From positions 57,350,001 to 57,414,000 of the forward strand of contig OZ038379.1 in assembly GCA_964036045.1 (NCBI GenBank): a DNA stretch of 64,000 nucleotides, in the 5' to 3' direction. The number at the start of each line of letters is the position of its first letter. Within the stretch, counting starts at the first letter, position 1. The notes beneath the pieces were generated by a model. The model was not told the DNA's origin, did no database searches, and saw only the letters and a program-made list of their open reading frames with translations. Shown here one piece after another: positions 45,391-58,589 of this stretch. The DNA is from Eutreptiella sp. 'Long Island Sound 2002'. Lineage: Eukaryota; Protista; Euglenida. The position numbers were made by a program, and so were the translations under genes.

Positions 45391-46428
45391 TTGCAGCATG
45401 TTGCGTCATTGCTCAATGATGATTGGGAACAACCACTAGACATCATCCCTCCCATTCTAGGGCCTCGGCTATACAAACCACAGGCCCGCCATTTGAGAGA
45501 TGTTTATAGAGAATCTTACGCGGCAGATAATGTTGAGATTGGTGTGTGTTGCTGGTGGCTTACCCGGACAACCTTGGGTTCAAAGTGGGATGTGATTTCT
45601 TCTTGTTCGGCAACGAGGTTGACGCTGGCCAGCTCCTTAGTTTTTGCATCCACTGTGTACGGCCTGTTACACAGCGGCTCGAACACGAGACATATGAAAG
45701 TGTGTGTTCGAGAAACCAACAACAAGGGGAGCACCCAACGTGTGTTGCGCACATAATATACTTGCGCCAGAAGCAAGGGAGGGGTATAGCTCATATCAAT
45801 GCCTGCTACTTCCAAATTATGGTGCGCCCATAATTCAACTAACACCCGCCTACGATCCCATGGCGCAGATGGCGCATTCCAGTATTTGGCCGAGGCAACA
45901 GAGAAGTGCGACACATTTTTTGGTGATTTTGGCAGTGTAGCTTTCACTATTGCCCCCTCCTACCCCACCTTCGGACATCAAAAGGACTATCTGAGATGCC
46001 ATCCCGCTTGCCTTTTGATGCCGCATTACCGTTTGTCTAGGCGTGTTCTCAGCGGCGGCATGCAACTTCCACAAGATCGATTGTGGTTGTTGCGCGAGAT
46101 TGCATAGTTAGCTTTGCACTATTGTGATTCCGCGCATGCCTCCCCTATCCGGACCACAGCTAGTTCGGCGTTGGCACGGTTGTATGCTATGCCCTATTGT
46201 CCACCTAGCTGTTCGTCGTGCTTTTTTTACGATGAAATAGTCCACATCATGTGCCCTAAATGTGGAGTTTATCGGTCAGCCTTGCACGCTTCCCTTTTGT
46301 GCTTAGGCCACGCTAACTACCCGCCCTTTACGACCCAAACATGTGCACTTTGTCGCCTTTTGTGTGTCTTGTTTTTGTGCCTATGTTTTCCATGTGTCGT
46401 CGGTACTGTAATAGGTGGTGATGAATAG
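45391..46428 (+). pseudogene. Cys/His-rich ORF remnants in the putative DNA transposon
   Basis: KLWCAH, RCHPACLL, CSSC...CPKCG in fragmented frames. No family assigned. Confidence 0.3.
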
Positions 46429-46850
46429 TTCTTCATTTCTTGCGTGTCCTATGCATACACACTTTGAAACTCAAATTCACCGTCTCTATTTGCCAATTTA
46501 GCAAGACCTGGGCGAAATTTCCCCCAGCCCCCCCGGATAGCAAAAAAAGTACACATACTTTGATGTCTTGATGACCCTGGGCGAAATTTCGCCAAGCTCC
46601 GCTTGTTCTGCAAAATACATAGGTTAAAAACACCAATCATTGATCCTAGACGAAATTTCTTCCAGCCCCCCACCCCCCCCCTGTCGTTTCTTGCCGTGTG
46701 CTGTGCCTGATATGTTGCCCTTTGCCTGCCTGTCGCTTAGGCCCACCGGTCGATAAAGTTGAACCTGGGCGAAATTTCTTCCAGCTTACCTTGACACCCT
46801 TTACCTACAGGGTGGTACCTCTGTTGGGTTCTGTTCATTGACTCTTAGGG

Positions 46851-48966
46851 GTGCTTCTGCCAATGTGGTTGTGGGACATGATTGATGTGCGCTTTCTTCA
46901 AACAGCTGTGGGGGGTACTCGCGTTCGTACCCCGAAGGCTTTCATTCGGGTGGCATTGAACAAAGGGAGGACACTCCCGCTGCTGCAGCTGGCATTGAAT
47001 TTGCGTCACAATAGAAAGACTAGACGTAATGTTGGGCATGTGCGGGTTGCGTGGGGTTCTCCAAGCCGTCCTCCAAGATAGTTGTTGGTACTGCAGAAGC
47101 AAGTTTTCTTACTGTATAACATTGTGCGAGTGCTGACATATCCCCGTGCTGAGAGAGCCACTGGAGCCTCATATCGCGGTACAATGACCCAGTCCATCCG
47201 CCGTAAGCTGGCAATGGCAGGGGAATGCACCATCAATGCCCCTACTATCTCGGCCCAGGCCAGCGTTCAAGCTTCACACCTGTGGGATTCATTTGAGAGA
47301 CAGCAAATTACACTGTGGTTCGACAATTACCGTCGCTACAGCAATGGGGTGGACCCCCATAGTCCTGATAAGACTTTGAATGTGAGTGCTGTCGGTGTGT
47401 TGCGCACTACTGAGCTGCCCCAATACCACGGTCTGCGCGGTCTGGATGTTGTTGCATAATGTATACCCAGGATTGTCGACTACCTTGTTCGCTGTGTTGG
47501 GTTGCTGTTGCAAAGAAGTACAGTCCGAGATGGGCCTATTGTGCGGACCTAGGTTCGTGCACCTCTGGACTATGCTCGCAATGCTGTGGTATCCCTCAAC
47601 TGGAGGCCCTTTTTGTTATCACACCTGAAATGCGGGAGTCGTGTTGAGTTATTGGAGTTTGTCACGGGGCTAGAATGCTTGCAGGCGACGACAAGACGGA
47701 CTGTGCCATTTCTGATTGACATGAAGATCTTTTACGCACTCCTGAAAATGTCGTTCGGAGCAAGCTATGCCCCCTGGCACGTAGACCAGTTCCTGTCGGG
47801 ACACCCATTGCTTTACGGTGTCTTGCACCCATATAAGTATTCTGTGGAAGTAACCTATAAGGCATTTGCCCCAATTATTAAATTTCTTGAGCAGGGTTGC
47901 GACCTGAAGTCAGGAACTGTGATGCCCATGAAAGTCAAACTGCGTCACATGGAAAAAACCATTGTTGGTTTTAACATGGCTACATCTCCTAACAAAGCAC
48001 GGCTTGATAGTACTACCCACGTCCATATGAGTAATTTTGCTGAGTTGTCTGATGCTCAAAGGCTGGGTCTGAAATATATGTTAGCCCTAAAGGCCTTGTT
48101 ATACTCGTACTGCCCGGCACTTCTGGCACTAGGTGTTCTTGTGCGTGAATGTAACTCGAACCGCCGCTCTCCGAATTCCAGTGCAGCTGCAAAAGAATGC
48201 ATTGGAATGAGTACTGTCTTGATGATGAATATCATACCTTCTGAAAAGTGGCTGAGCACTGAATACCTGCGTACCAATACTGTAACACTACTTTTCTGGT
48301 CCGACTGGCACACCCGGGCATTTGGTTGCCTGTTTTCTGAGGAGTACGGCGAAGCAATGCTTAGTCGCCTACTCATGAGGTCAAGGGAGGTTGGTAATGC
48401 CCACCCAGCGCAGCAAACAACCGATATTTTTTTAACTCTCCCCCCCCACACTTCCAGGAGAGAAAAAATGCCAAGGTGTCCGGACACAGAAGTGTGTGGA
48501 CAAGTACACAAAGCACGTGTGTTTGTTCATTCAGAACATCTCACATGCCTAGTTCCCCATTGCCGTCCTGGAAGAGGATACGTATGTGGTCAAACGTCTT
48601 GATGAAGCCCCCCGCATGCGATTTCCTGGAGTGTTGTCGCGTACAAGGGTTACAGAGCAGCAATTTTTGAGCCTTGTTCGGCGTAGCCTACGGTGTCTGA
48701 TTGCCAAGACTAAAATACCCAATGGTGTTGAGGATTTTCTTAATGCATATAGTCAGAAGCGCTCCAATGTTGATCAGAGGCAACAAAGTGCACACTACCA
48801 AAGTATCAACACAGCTCCAAAAGTAGCTGCAAAACCAGCCGCCAAACCCCCAGCGCGCGGTGTGCCGGTGGTCGTCCCCCCATCCCCCCCCCTCCCCTCC
48901 CAGACCCCTCCCTCCAAAAACCCCCGCCCTCCACCCCATGCCTTCTGCTGTACCGGTGGTAGATGA
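46851..48966 (+). pseudogene. Putative DDE transposase, Academ/DUF6589-like pattern
   Basis: One frame 46851-48602 with three stops. LWFDNY...PFLIDMKIFY...LYGVLHPYK...DWH...SEEYGE follows the DN / D / GxxH / E order recalled for Academ-type transposases. Confidence 0.45.
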
Positions 48967-49311
48967 TTTCAATCATGTTGACAGTGCCAGTGAGGGCCTG
49001 GAAGAGGTGCGCAGTGACTCGTCCCTGCAAGTGCTTGATGAGGAAGAGGAGTTTGGACGGAGTACGCAAGGTTGGGACTCATTTGACTGTGTGATATGCT
49101 CTTGTGCTTCCAGCTGGGCGAAATTTCGCCAAGGCGCCCGACTTTAATGATTTTGAGCCTGGTATTGTTTGAAACTGCCAGACCTGGGCGAAATCTCACT
49201 TAGCTTTCCAGTCACTGTAAATTTGGTATCCTTCAGCACTGTGTCATCCCCTGTTGAACGGCTGTTGATCTAATTTGGCTAATATCTCCGTCTGAGCACC
49301 TGTATATCACC

Positions 49312-51992
49312 ATGTCTGCACTCTGCACCTGCTGTTTTGTTACCTTCCAAGCAATGTCTTCTATGGAAATCTTCCAACATGTTGGCACACCGCCCGAAAA
49401 CCTGGCCAATGATGAACTGAGTGGAAGTGAGGGAACTCTTGCTACTGGACCCCCCGCACCAGAACCACAGCCCAAACTAGCCGCCAAACCAAAGCCAAAG
49501 CCCGAACCCAATGGAAAAGCACAAATCAATCTAGCCGATCACCTCACTTCCACAAAACGCATTCGTGTTCGATGGGATCAAATCCTGATTGATAGAGACC
49601 CCTCTGAAGGCCAGGTTCGTGGGCTGAACCCCGACCGAGTCCAAGCCCGCTATGACGATTTATTACGGGCACCACCACCTGATTGTATTGATGATTTACT
49701 GCTGGTACTTGGCGTGCGTATGTTCTGCCCTGTCCTGTTTCGATTGTACTCGATCTTTAGTGCCATTTGATGTTACTCTGTACTGCCTGTTACCTCATGT
49801 ACAGCTGGGTTTTGGTATGCAGTTGGGGGTCAGCACATCTACACGGCTGCTATGCAACATCGCAAGGACAAGGAATCCAAAAATCACCCCTTGCCTACAT
49901 GGACCAGAGAGTTTGAAGGCTTTGAGGTTAGAAGAGACACTCCTTTGCCCATACGAAGAAAGCTAGCAGGGCTTCATCAAGTGCAGACCACAAGCAGTAG
50001 TGTGTCAATAGCCAGTGAGCGGATGGCACTCCTATTAGAGCATATTGCGGAGGATCCAGATGCCCCCCTGCTCACCCGCACTCAGAACATGTTGGCTGAA
50101 ATTGGTATTACAGCTGATGAAGGCAATGTGCTGTGTTCAACGTTTCGACTGTATCCGAAATACATTACTGTAAGCCTGTATTTTTACGTGTCTCTTGCTG
50201 TCTGAAGGTCACCGTATCCATGCGTTGGGCAGGGTTGGGCAAGCTTGTCAAATTCATTGGACAGCTAGCTGTTGACGCAGTCTATGGGATGGAGAAGCGA
50301 GATGTTGAACCTGCGCTTGGGGTTTTCAAAGAGTGCGAAGGATTGATGCCAAACCGACTGTCAAGCATTGTCCTCCACATGTCGGGTACTAAAGGCTCAG
50401 TGCTGGGTATCAAACGTGATTTAGAGTTGGCCAGAGTTGAGCATTTGTGGAGTTGGGATGTGCTTCATCCGGATGCAGTCAGGGGGTTGTGCACGAGTCC
50501 AGGGGTATGCTGACTTATTCTGCATTATTCTGCACTGTCAGTGGTAGTGATTCTGACCTGTTTTTTTCATTGCTGACGCTGAGCTAAGTGAAATTTCGCC
50601 CAAGTCCCTCGATTTTCGTTCATAAGCATACCATTTTTGAACTGTCTCATTTGGGTCATGTGTATACCCTCTGCAGCAAATCTGGGTAATGTGACCATGT
50701 GCAAAGAACAATGTCGTATTATGGCCCATATCCGGGTCCCGTAATGCAGCTTGGTGTCGAGTCCCGAGTCACCTTGGCCACCGTGGGCTTATGTTGTCAA
50801 GGCAGTCTTTTGGACCTCCGACCTTTACCAAGGGTTACGTGACAGGCTTCGCAAGCCCCGTGTGACACCAAGTATTGAAAAGGCTGAGGGTGGGCATATG
50901 AGTCTTAAGTTGGGTGACGCCATTATTGAGACAGACAAAGGGAAAGTTCTGAAGGAGGAGGGTAGAGTTGAGGTACTCCCTTTGCCGGCAGGCTGCCCTG
51001 TTCCCAGCCTTATTAGTGCACTGCCATTTGTCTGCATCTTGATTGAGGTCCCACGTATGTGGACGTTGGCCCTACACAATGTTGTGGCACAATTTGTATT
51101 GAATGGTATTTTGGTGGCAGTGACTGGTGAGACTGCTGATGTTCGGGCCTGTGTTAGCAACCTGAAAGCTGCCTGTGCTGAGGAATTTTTCCATGCCGAT
51201 GTATGTGTGTACAACTTGTCCAAGCCATCATTACTAACCAGCATGGGACATACTGCTATGGCACTTTGTAGTCTGCATCAGTTTTCGGCACGCCTACCTC
51301 AATGCCTTTCTTATATTCAGGGCCCCCTGACGACTGCCATTCCCGTCGAAGTGTTCTGTTATTTGCTGTGTGCTTTGGATTTGATTCAGCAGAAAAGTAC
51401 ATGGGTAATGGTCTGCACACAGCAGCCAGATTTTTCTGCAGCCTTGTCCAATCAGAGCATGTTTCCTGTGAACATTGCAGTTGCATACCTATCTGAGGAA
51501 TAAGCTATTCCTGAGTCATTGGTTACTGATTTGAGGGCTGCTGTGTCGAACTGCGACACTGTGGCACCAATCCAGTGGGACCGAGTGTGTGAAGACCTTG
51601 CACATGGGTTTCCAATAGATTGTACGGGAAGGAGGTATGTAGAGCAAGAAGAGGAGGCCACTCAACCAGAGATCGAGGACGGGGAATCCCAGAAACGCCC
51701 CCCCCCCCCCCCCAAAAGGCAACCGGCAAGCAAGGGGACGGCACCCCCGCCAAGGCCAAAAAATCAAAGGCTGGAGCATGCCCCTCACAATAGAGCCCCA
51801 AGCCTGGAGCAAAGCCTCCACCCAAGAAGGCGCTGGGCACGTTTGCAGCCCACTTCACACCGTCCAAGCACACACACAATGGACGTGGTGCCACTGGTAG
51901 CGCTAACAGTGCGATGTCTGGTGACCAGGCAGCACAAGCAAATGGTGGGCAGTTTACTGGTAAGGGTGCCAAACCAAAGGCACCTGGCCTGA
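49312..51992 (+). pseudogene. Multi-exon gene with N-terminal ParB/Srx-like domain
   Basis: Removing intron 49718-49804 (GTATGT...TACAG) gives RVRWDQILID...QVRGLNPDRV...LVLGVPGFWYAVGGQHIYTAA. Later exons are of unknown function, with a stop at 51501. Confidence 0.55.
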
Positions 51993-53559
51993 GGAAGCGG
52001 CGATAGAGTGACAGCGGTGTGTGCTGTGACTGCTGTGTTGGATGTTTTCCCTTTTACACGTCAGAATGGCCTTCTGTGCTGTCTCTACAGGTACCATTCA
52101 CGTTTTGCACACTTTTTTTTTGTGTTTTGCTAAAGCTGGAAGAAATTTCGCCCGGGTTCAAGTATTTCTTGGAATACACGGTTCGGTTTTACATTTTTGT
52201 AAAGCTAAATTTCGCCCAGAGGTCTCATTAATGGCAAATAGAGACCTTGATTATGATGCATGAATTTGAGTGAGTGTCCATTGACAGTTTTTGGGCACAC
52301 ACAGGGTGCAGCAAATCTTGCCAAGTGTGTGTTACCCTGCTTCTTGCACTCCATCACCTCGCAGGATGATACATTTGTGTGTAACAATGAAAGGTTTGTT
52401 GTCTTGAAGAAACCTGCATTCTTCCTCTGCTTTTCCAGTATGCATACATGCTTATTGTGTTTTGACAACTAGGATGTGGTTACATGAGAATGGCATTTTA
52501 GGTAAATAGAGATACTCATTTTTTCCTATGAGGAGCAAGGCGTCCCCTAGGTGCAGAATTCATACCCTGTTTTGGGGGGGCGGGGGGGGGGGTACGGTAT
52601 GGCCCCGCGGAGCCTAGCCTGGGGGTAGGGGGGTGGGCAGTTAGCGTGGCCTAAGTTGTGTGCATCAGATATATGAGTGGCATTGTGTCAAGGTGCAATT
52701 TGCTGCCACACGTGCATGCATTATATTGGCATTCACGTGGGCTGACCGGCCTGCGGTTGACAAGCCATCTTTAGTAGATGTGGTCCGTGCAAAGGTGTTG
52801 CTCCACAGTAAAGAATTTTTTGTTCCAGATCATCACCCGAAAAATGTCTCTCGTATTTTGCAGTATAACAAAAAATTGATTGAAGGGTTGGATACGAAGA
52901 CCACGCACCCACTTTGCGACATGTGCAAGCACAATCCACCAGCAACACAACCCACCAACAAAGATAAAAAGGCGGATCTCATCTGCAGGGGTGTGTTTTG
53001 CAACTTCATATAAAGCACACATGTGTGTCTCGTTTGGTCTCTCCCGGTTTTGTTCCCACTAGAACCCCGCTGGTGCGGGCCCTGTCCGGACTCTTTTCCT
53101 CGGGCCTGATTTTGTTTCTGCTGCCCTTGCAATACATTACGTGGCCCAAGTGGGGCGCCACTTACACAGGTGGCTTGCAATCAACAAGGGGGCACTATGC
53201 CCTTAACAAAAATACCACCTGCTATCCCCCCTGACCCCCCCCAAAAAAAACCCTTGTGATTTTTGTTCGAATTCAAGTCCAAATTTGTATCTACCTAGTA
53301 ACCCAGGAAAAAAAGGTATTCCAAATTTTTTGGTTTCTTACCCTGCCCTTGGGTCTTTCCCCAAAATATGGACGAGGCAAAGGCCAAGGATGAAGGCTCG
53401 AACAGTTTGGTGCCCCCCTTTTGATGGGCCGAGTTCGAAAAAGTGGTGATGTTTCCATCAAAGCCCTAGTGAGTGGTGAAGGCGCTGAATATCTTGCACA
53501 CTGCCCTAATGGGGATCTCATCGATCCGGCGGAGGTATCGTGTTCCAAGGAGTGGACTT

Positions 53560-54469
53560 CGGCGAAATAGGGCACGTTCGCGGTCCTGGAGTGGGTTTTA
53601 CTGAAGCACGACACTTTGGGTCCCGTCGACTTGTGGACGCGAAGAGCCCATGACTTATGTGTCACATCCCTTTGCAGTGATATACCACTCGCAGGTGGAA
53701 GTTGTGTGGTCCGCGCTAGCATTAGTCCTACAAGTGTATGGCACACAGTTCAGGGGAGCCTACGGAGGTATTCGTGTAGACTCCGACATCCAACAGAGTG
53801 CCCCAGTGACCTTTGGAGAAACATCGGTTCCGCGGGACGAAATCACCCGCCGTATGCAAGCGTGGCGCACCGAGTTCGAGATCGGGAAATGGACGGTTGC
53901 CATTTAAACAGACTTCTGGAGAGAAGCTCGACCTCATTGAGCCTCGGACAACGGCCTGTAAGTCTTGCCGGAAGAGCGGGCAAGGGGTTGGACAGCGCCT
54001 CTTTGTGGTGTGCCCGCAATTCGGGCGATGGAGCCATGGTATCGGGTGGGGGGAAGCTCAGCTGCTTGTGGGCGCAGAAGGCGAAAAGGATGACACATAT
54101 GAGGGGGCGTTCACTGCAAGCACCGGCATTGAGTTATGCGATGATATCGTTCGGCTGTCGTTCGGAATTGATTCCAAAAACCGAGATGAGGGCTTGGACG
54201 CTTTGGCAGGATCTTCATGGAGACCATTGTCCCGGGACTCCTTCGCGACGCTCTGGGCCCGGCGTACGCGCGCTTGGAGCCGGGCAGCATGTACGATTGG
54301 CTGGCCCCTCTGGAGCCACTGCGCCACCTCCACACAACGATGGCGAGCATGGCGAGGGCGACACTCCGGGCAGGGGACAAGGAGCGCCTACGGGAGTGGC
54401 GTGCTGGGCTGGAAGAGGCGTGGTCCACCGACTAGGGGCGGTGTACCTGTGGCTCAAGGAGGAATCCTA
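53560..54469 (+). mobile_element. LINE 5' part (late APE/linker)
   Basis: Ends AWSTD*G...WLKEES and continues in frame at 61621 across the CCTA core. Confidence 0.75.
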
Positions 54470-54599
54470 GGTTAGCAATAACCTAAGTTTTGCCTCAGAG
54501 GGGGGAGGGGGACAGACCAGGCTAAAGGTGTGGACAACAACAGACAGCCACCCCCCTCCTGCAGTGAAGTGTTCTTTTTTTTGCTTGGGACCAGTTCCC

Positions 54600-55750
54600 G
54601 TTGGCATGTCTCATCTATCGCCGATGAGTTGGAGTCGCTTGTGCAAGAATCTGAGGAGGCCGCAGGAGCGGGCTATGCCGCCATGGTGGGTGGTGAAGCA
54701 GCCCCTCCTAGTAGGCCTGCACAGGTGCAACAAAATGCCAAACGTGCCAAGTGCGTGTTTGTAGGAGATGTGGATATGCCCCAAGCAGTCAGCGAGTCAT
54801 ATAAACAGTAGTGGAGGGATCACGTGGCGGCCACTTTTCGTGCCTTTCTCACTGATCACTTGGCCGCGAAGAAGGCCCGAGAGTACCATGTGGAGATGAT
54901 GCATCGCGGATTGGATCAAGCCAACGTGGATATGGCCACTCAATGGGCCGGCCCATCGGTGGAACCACCCGTGGCCCTCTTCATGATTGCCCTTTACGAG
55001 AATCACACACGGTGGAGGCTGGACGTGGTCGCTGGGGAGTGGCGCCACATAAACCCCCCGGCCCAGGCCCCTGCCCAGGGCATCGCAACGCGGGGGCCGC
55101 CCGGGCCGGCCCCGCAACAGCACCCCAATGATCAGATCCGCGCTGCGATTGTTGCCCTCGACGCCCGGTTGTTGCAACTCCGGGGCCCGTCAACCCCGCC
55201 CCCACCGCTAGGCGAGATGCAGCGCGTAGCGAACACCCAGCTGCATTATGCATGGCAGTGCCGACTGGTCGAGACACTTGTGATCTTCTTGAGGACGGAG
55301 GCACCACAGCACGGTTACGGTCAGTGTGAGTTTGCGGCTGCACACGCCGACGGAACATGGGCTGCTTTGTGGCCGATCCTTGGGATGAAAGACGGCGAGT
55401 TCCCAGCCCGCCATCAAACCGTGCAGGCTACTAAGGCAGGCCCCACCTGGGGCCTGCTTCAAGTGTGGATTGCACGGCCACTCGGCGCGCGAGTGCACCA
55501 TGCAGCAATCCTAGTCCTCCCAGCGGCCACAGTCCCAGTGGCAACACACGCCGGCACAAGCACAAGCACCATGCGGACGCCCGGCGGGTGGGTTCTTGGT
55601 GCACGGGGTCGAGACCTTGTACACGGCCTTCAACACCGGTCGCACTTATGACGCGCGCGGGCCGCCCCCCTACCCGTGCGTGCGGTGCAACGGCATGCAC
55701 TGGTCATTCCAACCTTGCCCTACAAGCACGCAGCAGCCCCCTTAGCAGCA
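54600..55750 (+). pseudogene. Gag-like ORF of element 2
   Basis: KRAKCVF..SYKQ*W..VAATFRAFL aligns with the element 1 Gag (KRPRLAF..LYA*W..IATAFL). Ends PYPCVRCNGMHWSFQPC. Confidence 0.7.
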
Positions 55751-55765
55751 GCCAGCCACTGAGCC

Positions 55766-56800
55766 GTGCTCCCCACCCCAGCAGCCCCTTTTGCTAATGG
55801 GGGCGTGCCCCCTCTCTCGTGGCAACCTGCTGCCCCTGGTCAACCCCGGGGGTGCAGGGCGGAGGGGGGGAGAGGTGCTTGGGGCACTGCGGCTGAGCTC
55901 CACGGCGTGGCCACGACAATTTATGACCTGCGGGCCGCGAACTTCGCCACTGAGCCGTGGGCCTTGGCAGTCTGCCGTTGCGCGGAGAGCACGGTATTTG
56001 CCTGGGCGCGGCAGCTCAGGGGCGTTTGCCGCGCAGGGCTTCTATACGTTGAACAATCGCGTGCAGACGCCCTTGCAAGGCACGTGGTGCACTTGGCAGC
56101 AACGGGGAAGTTTTCAGCGGGCTTGTGGGGTACCATGTCAGCGGTTTGTATGGCTCAAAAGCTCCAACTGGTACGGCCCACCGTATGCCCCATTCACTGG
56201 GCCGTCGCGGCTGGAGCTGGTCGATCATACAACTCCGAGCCGAGTCAACACGTTTGGGGTACCCTAGGTATGCTCTGCACCATGGCCATGGCTGTACGCT
56301 CCGAGACAGACTTTGCCGTGCTCGCCCTCGCTATCTTCAGTGGCTGCCACAGCCTTCGGGTTGGGGAGGCCGCAAGCATGTGCAAGACCGACGTTAAGCA
56401 GTTAGGCTGGATCACCTTCTACGATCGCAAGACCAAGAGGCGTTGGATCTGGGCCAGGCTCGGAATATGTGCGGAGCGGTGCCGACAGGCCATGCAAGCG
56501 TGCAGAGTCGTACGGCGCAGGGCCTAGTACCCACCACTCTTCTCGCAGGCGGAATTTGAGCGCCGCATGCACTTCATGCTTTGCGGCACCCCATGGGTGG
56601 CAGTCACCTAGCACTACCGGAGGCGGTTTTCGGCGGCAGCCATGGTTGCGCTTGGTGCCCCCATCTCCGCTGTGTGTATATCGAACAGATGGAGCTCGCA
56701 ACGACAAGCATGGGAATACGCCGTTCCTGGGTTAGACTGGGAGTTTGAGCTCCCAGACCAAGCCCCTTGGCCGCATCCGGTCGCAGGCTTCACCACACAA
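55766..56800 (+). pseudogene. Tyrosine recombinase
   Basis: SLRVGEAA (catalytic R), FYDRKTKRRW, HYRRRFSAA (HxxR), NRWSSQRQAWEY (catalytic Y). Confidence 0.85.
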
Positions 56801-57169
56801 CCCCTGTCCTCAGTTCACCTCTGGCTTGCAAGCGCCCCCGGGCGGCGCACACCCCCCGACGCTTCAAGCTCCCCTATTATCATCATGGGCGTCAGTGATG
56901 ATGAAGGGGACAACTCCGACGACCGGGTACTCGGAATCCTTGGCGCAAATCGTGGAGTGGCCCCGGGAGGATTGGAGCGACGTGCGCGCACTCCGGGCCG
57001 CCGACAAGACGCGGCGCACGCCCTGCGTGCGCGTTCAAGACCGTCTTCGCAGACCCGAAGCCCACCGGTCCCACAACCGTGTTCCATATGCAGCTCGCTC
57101 TCGGCAAGAGACAGTGCACCCCGCAAGCGCAAGCCCTCAGCCGAGTGCGCTACCATCGCCGCGCCAGAG

Positions 57170-58085
57170 GCAGGTGTGGGGCCAGGCCAGGTGCCTGGTG
57201 CAACACCTGATTGTGGCAATACTGTCTCAGCTGCGTGACACCCAAGTAGTCATCATTCAGTATCTCGACGACATACTTTTTGTTGGCCGGGACAGGTTGC
57301 TTAGCACCTAGGGGGCAGATGACACGGCGGCGCACTTGGCCCGTAGGCCCTCGTCAGCCCTAACTCAGTTTTCAATGACATGCTGCTCCTTACGTGGATG
57401 GGGAAGCAGCTTAATTTGGATAGGCCTCACGTGGCGCATAAGCCTGAGGGGCTGGCTGACATTGTGGGCTGCCGCTGGGTTGCTTCCAACCCGTCCCACT
57501 ACACGCGGAAGCCCCTGCAGCGGCTGCTAGGGCGCATCGGATGGATGGCACGCCCGGGTTTCTCAGCAGGGTGCTTCCTCGCGGGAGCACGCGCGTGGCT
57601 TCGCCTACGACCCCCCTCTTCGCGTTGTGTACCTTTTGCCGTGTGTAGGGGCCTCTTGGAGGCAATTGCGTCGGGGGTTAGGGGGTAGGAGCTGTAGCCG
57701 ACCGAGGGGCCGGCAATTCGTATGTACACTGATGCTGCTACTTGCCCTTGTGCGCTAGGAGGGTTTTTTGTGGGGGTGTGGAGTTCGGATTGCCCTGCCA
57801 TTCGCAGGTGCCCGCAGTGGGTCAGTAGCCAGCAGTCTGGTGAGCAATTCGCGGTAGTGTGTGCGCTCGATGTTGCCCGCAGTACCGGTTGTAGGAATGT
57901 AGACCTAGTGATGGACAACGTGCGCACGATAGCCGAGGGTCCTCTTTGGCCGCGCCTCCATGCTGCTGGTGGCCCTGCAGCGTTTTTTGCGTAGCGTCGC
58001 GCATCGGCTGCGCTCGCAGGGAGTGTCAGTGGGTTTACGGTACGTAGAGAGCTCACTTAACCCTACCGACTCTGTCAGCCGCTAG
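57170..58085 (+). pseudogene. RT C-terminal half and RNase H
   Basis: LVQHLIVA...IQYLDDILFVG; MYTDAA; PQWVSSQQSGE; VMDN; SSLNPTDSVSR. Confidence 0.9.
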
Positions 58086-58589
58086 GCGGGGCCGTGGAGG
58101 GGGGGGATGTGGTTGTGGAGGCGAGGGCTAAATATAGGATCTATGGCTAGAGACCGGTGGGGTATGGGGAACGATGGGGGACCGCAATAAGAGGCTGCAA
58201 GTGTCGAACGGTGCACTGGTAGGCGGGTACGGCGTGCATCATTGGTGCCACATGTGCACCTCGCCTCATGTTCACCACACCCCGCCGTTCCGCATACCGC
58301 ACCTCCGAGCGCCTACCGCCGAGCGCCCACTGCCAACCGCAGCCGCCTCGCGGCGGAAACGTTGTGGAAGGCAGTGGGCGCCGCACCCCCGCCCCCACGC
58401 GTGGCGGAGCTGGCGGTGGCGGCCGCTGAGGCACGCCCCGTCGCCGCATCCCTAGCCTAGGAGGCCATGGATACGGCGGTGCAGCGGGAGGAGGTACAAA
58501 TTCACGTGCAGCAGCTCCCCGCGAGCGACGGGACGCGGGCGATGCGCGAGTGTTGCGAGCGGCGTGCTCGCGGCCGCAACCGCCAACAA

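Noticed and set aside
50110-50165. Other CTGATGA hits (also near 23535, 28987, 58692)
   Set aside because: No stem II or GAAA at suitable spacing, and they fall in coding frames.
52660-53013. Ulp1-like protease (CRGVF resembling DCGVF)
   Set aside because: Catalytic His, Asp and Gln context not recognisable.
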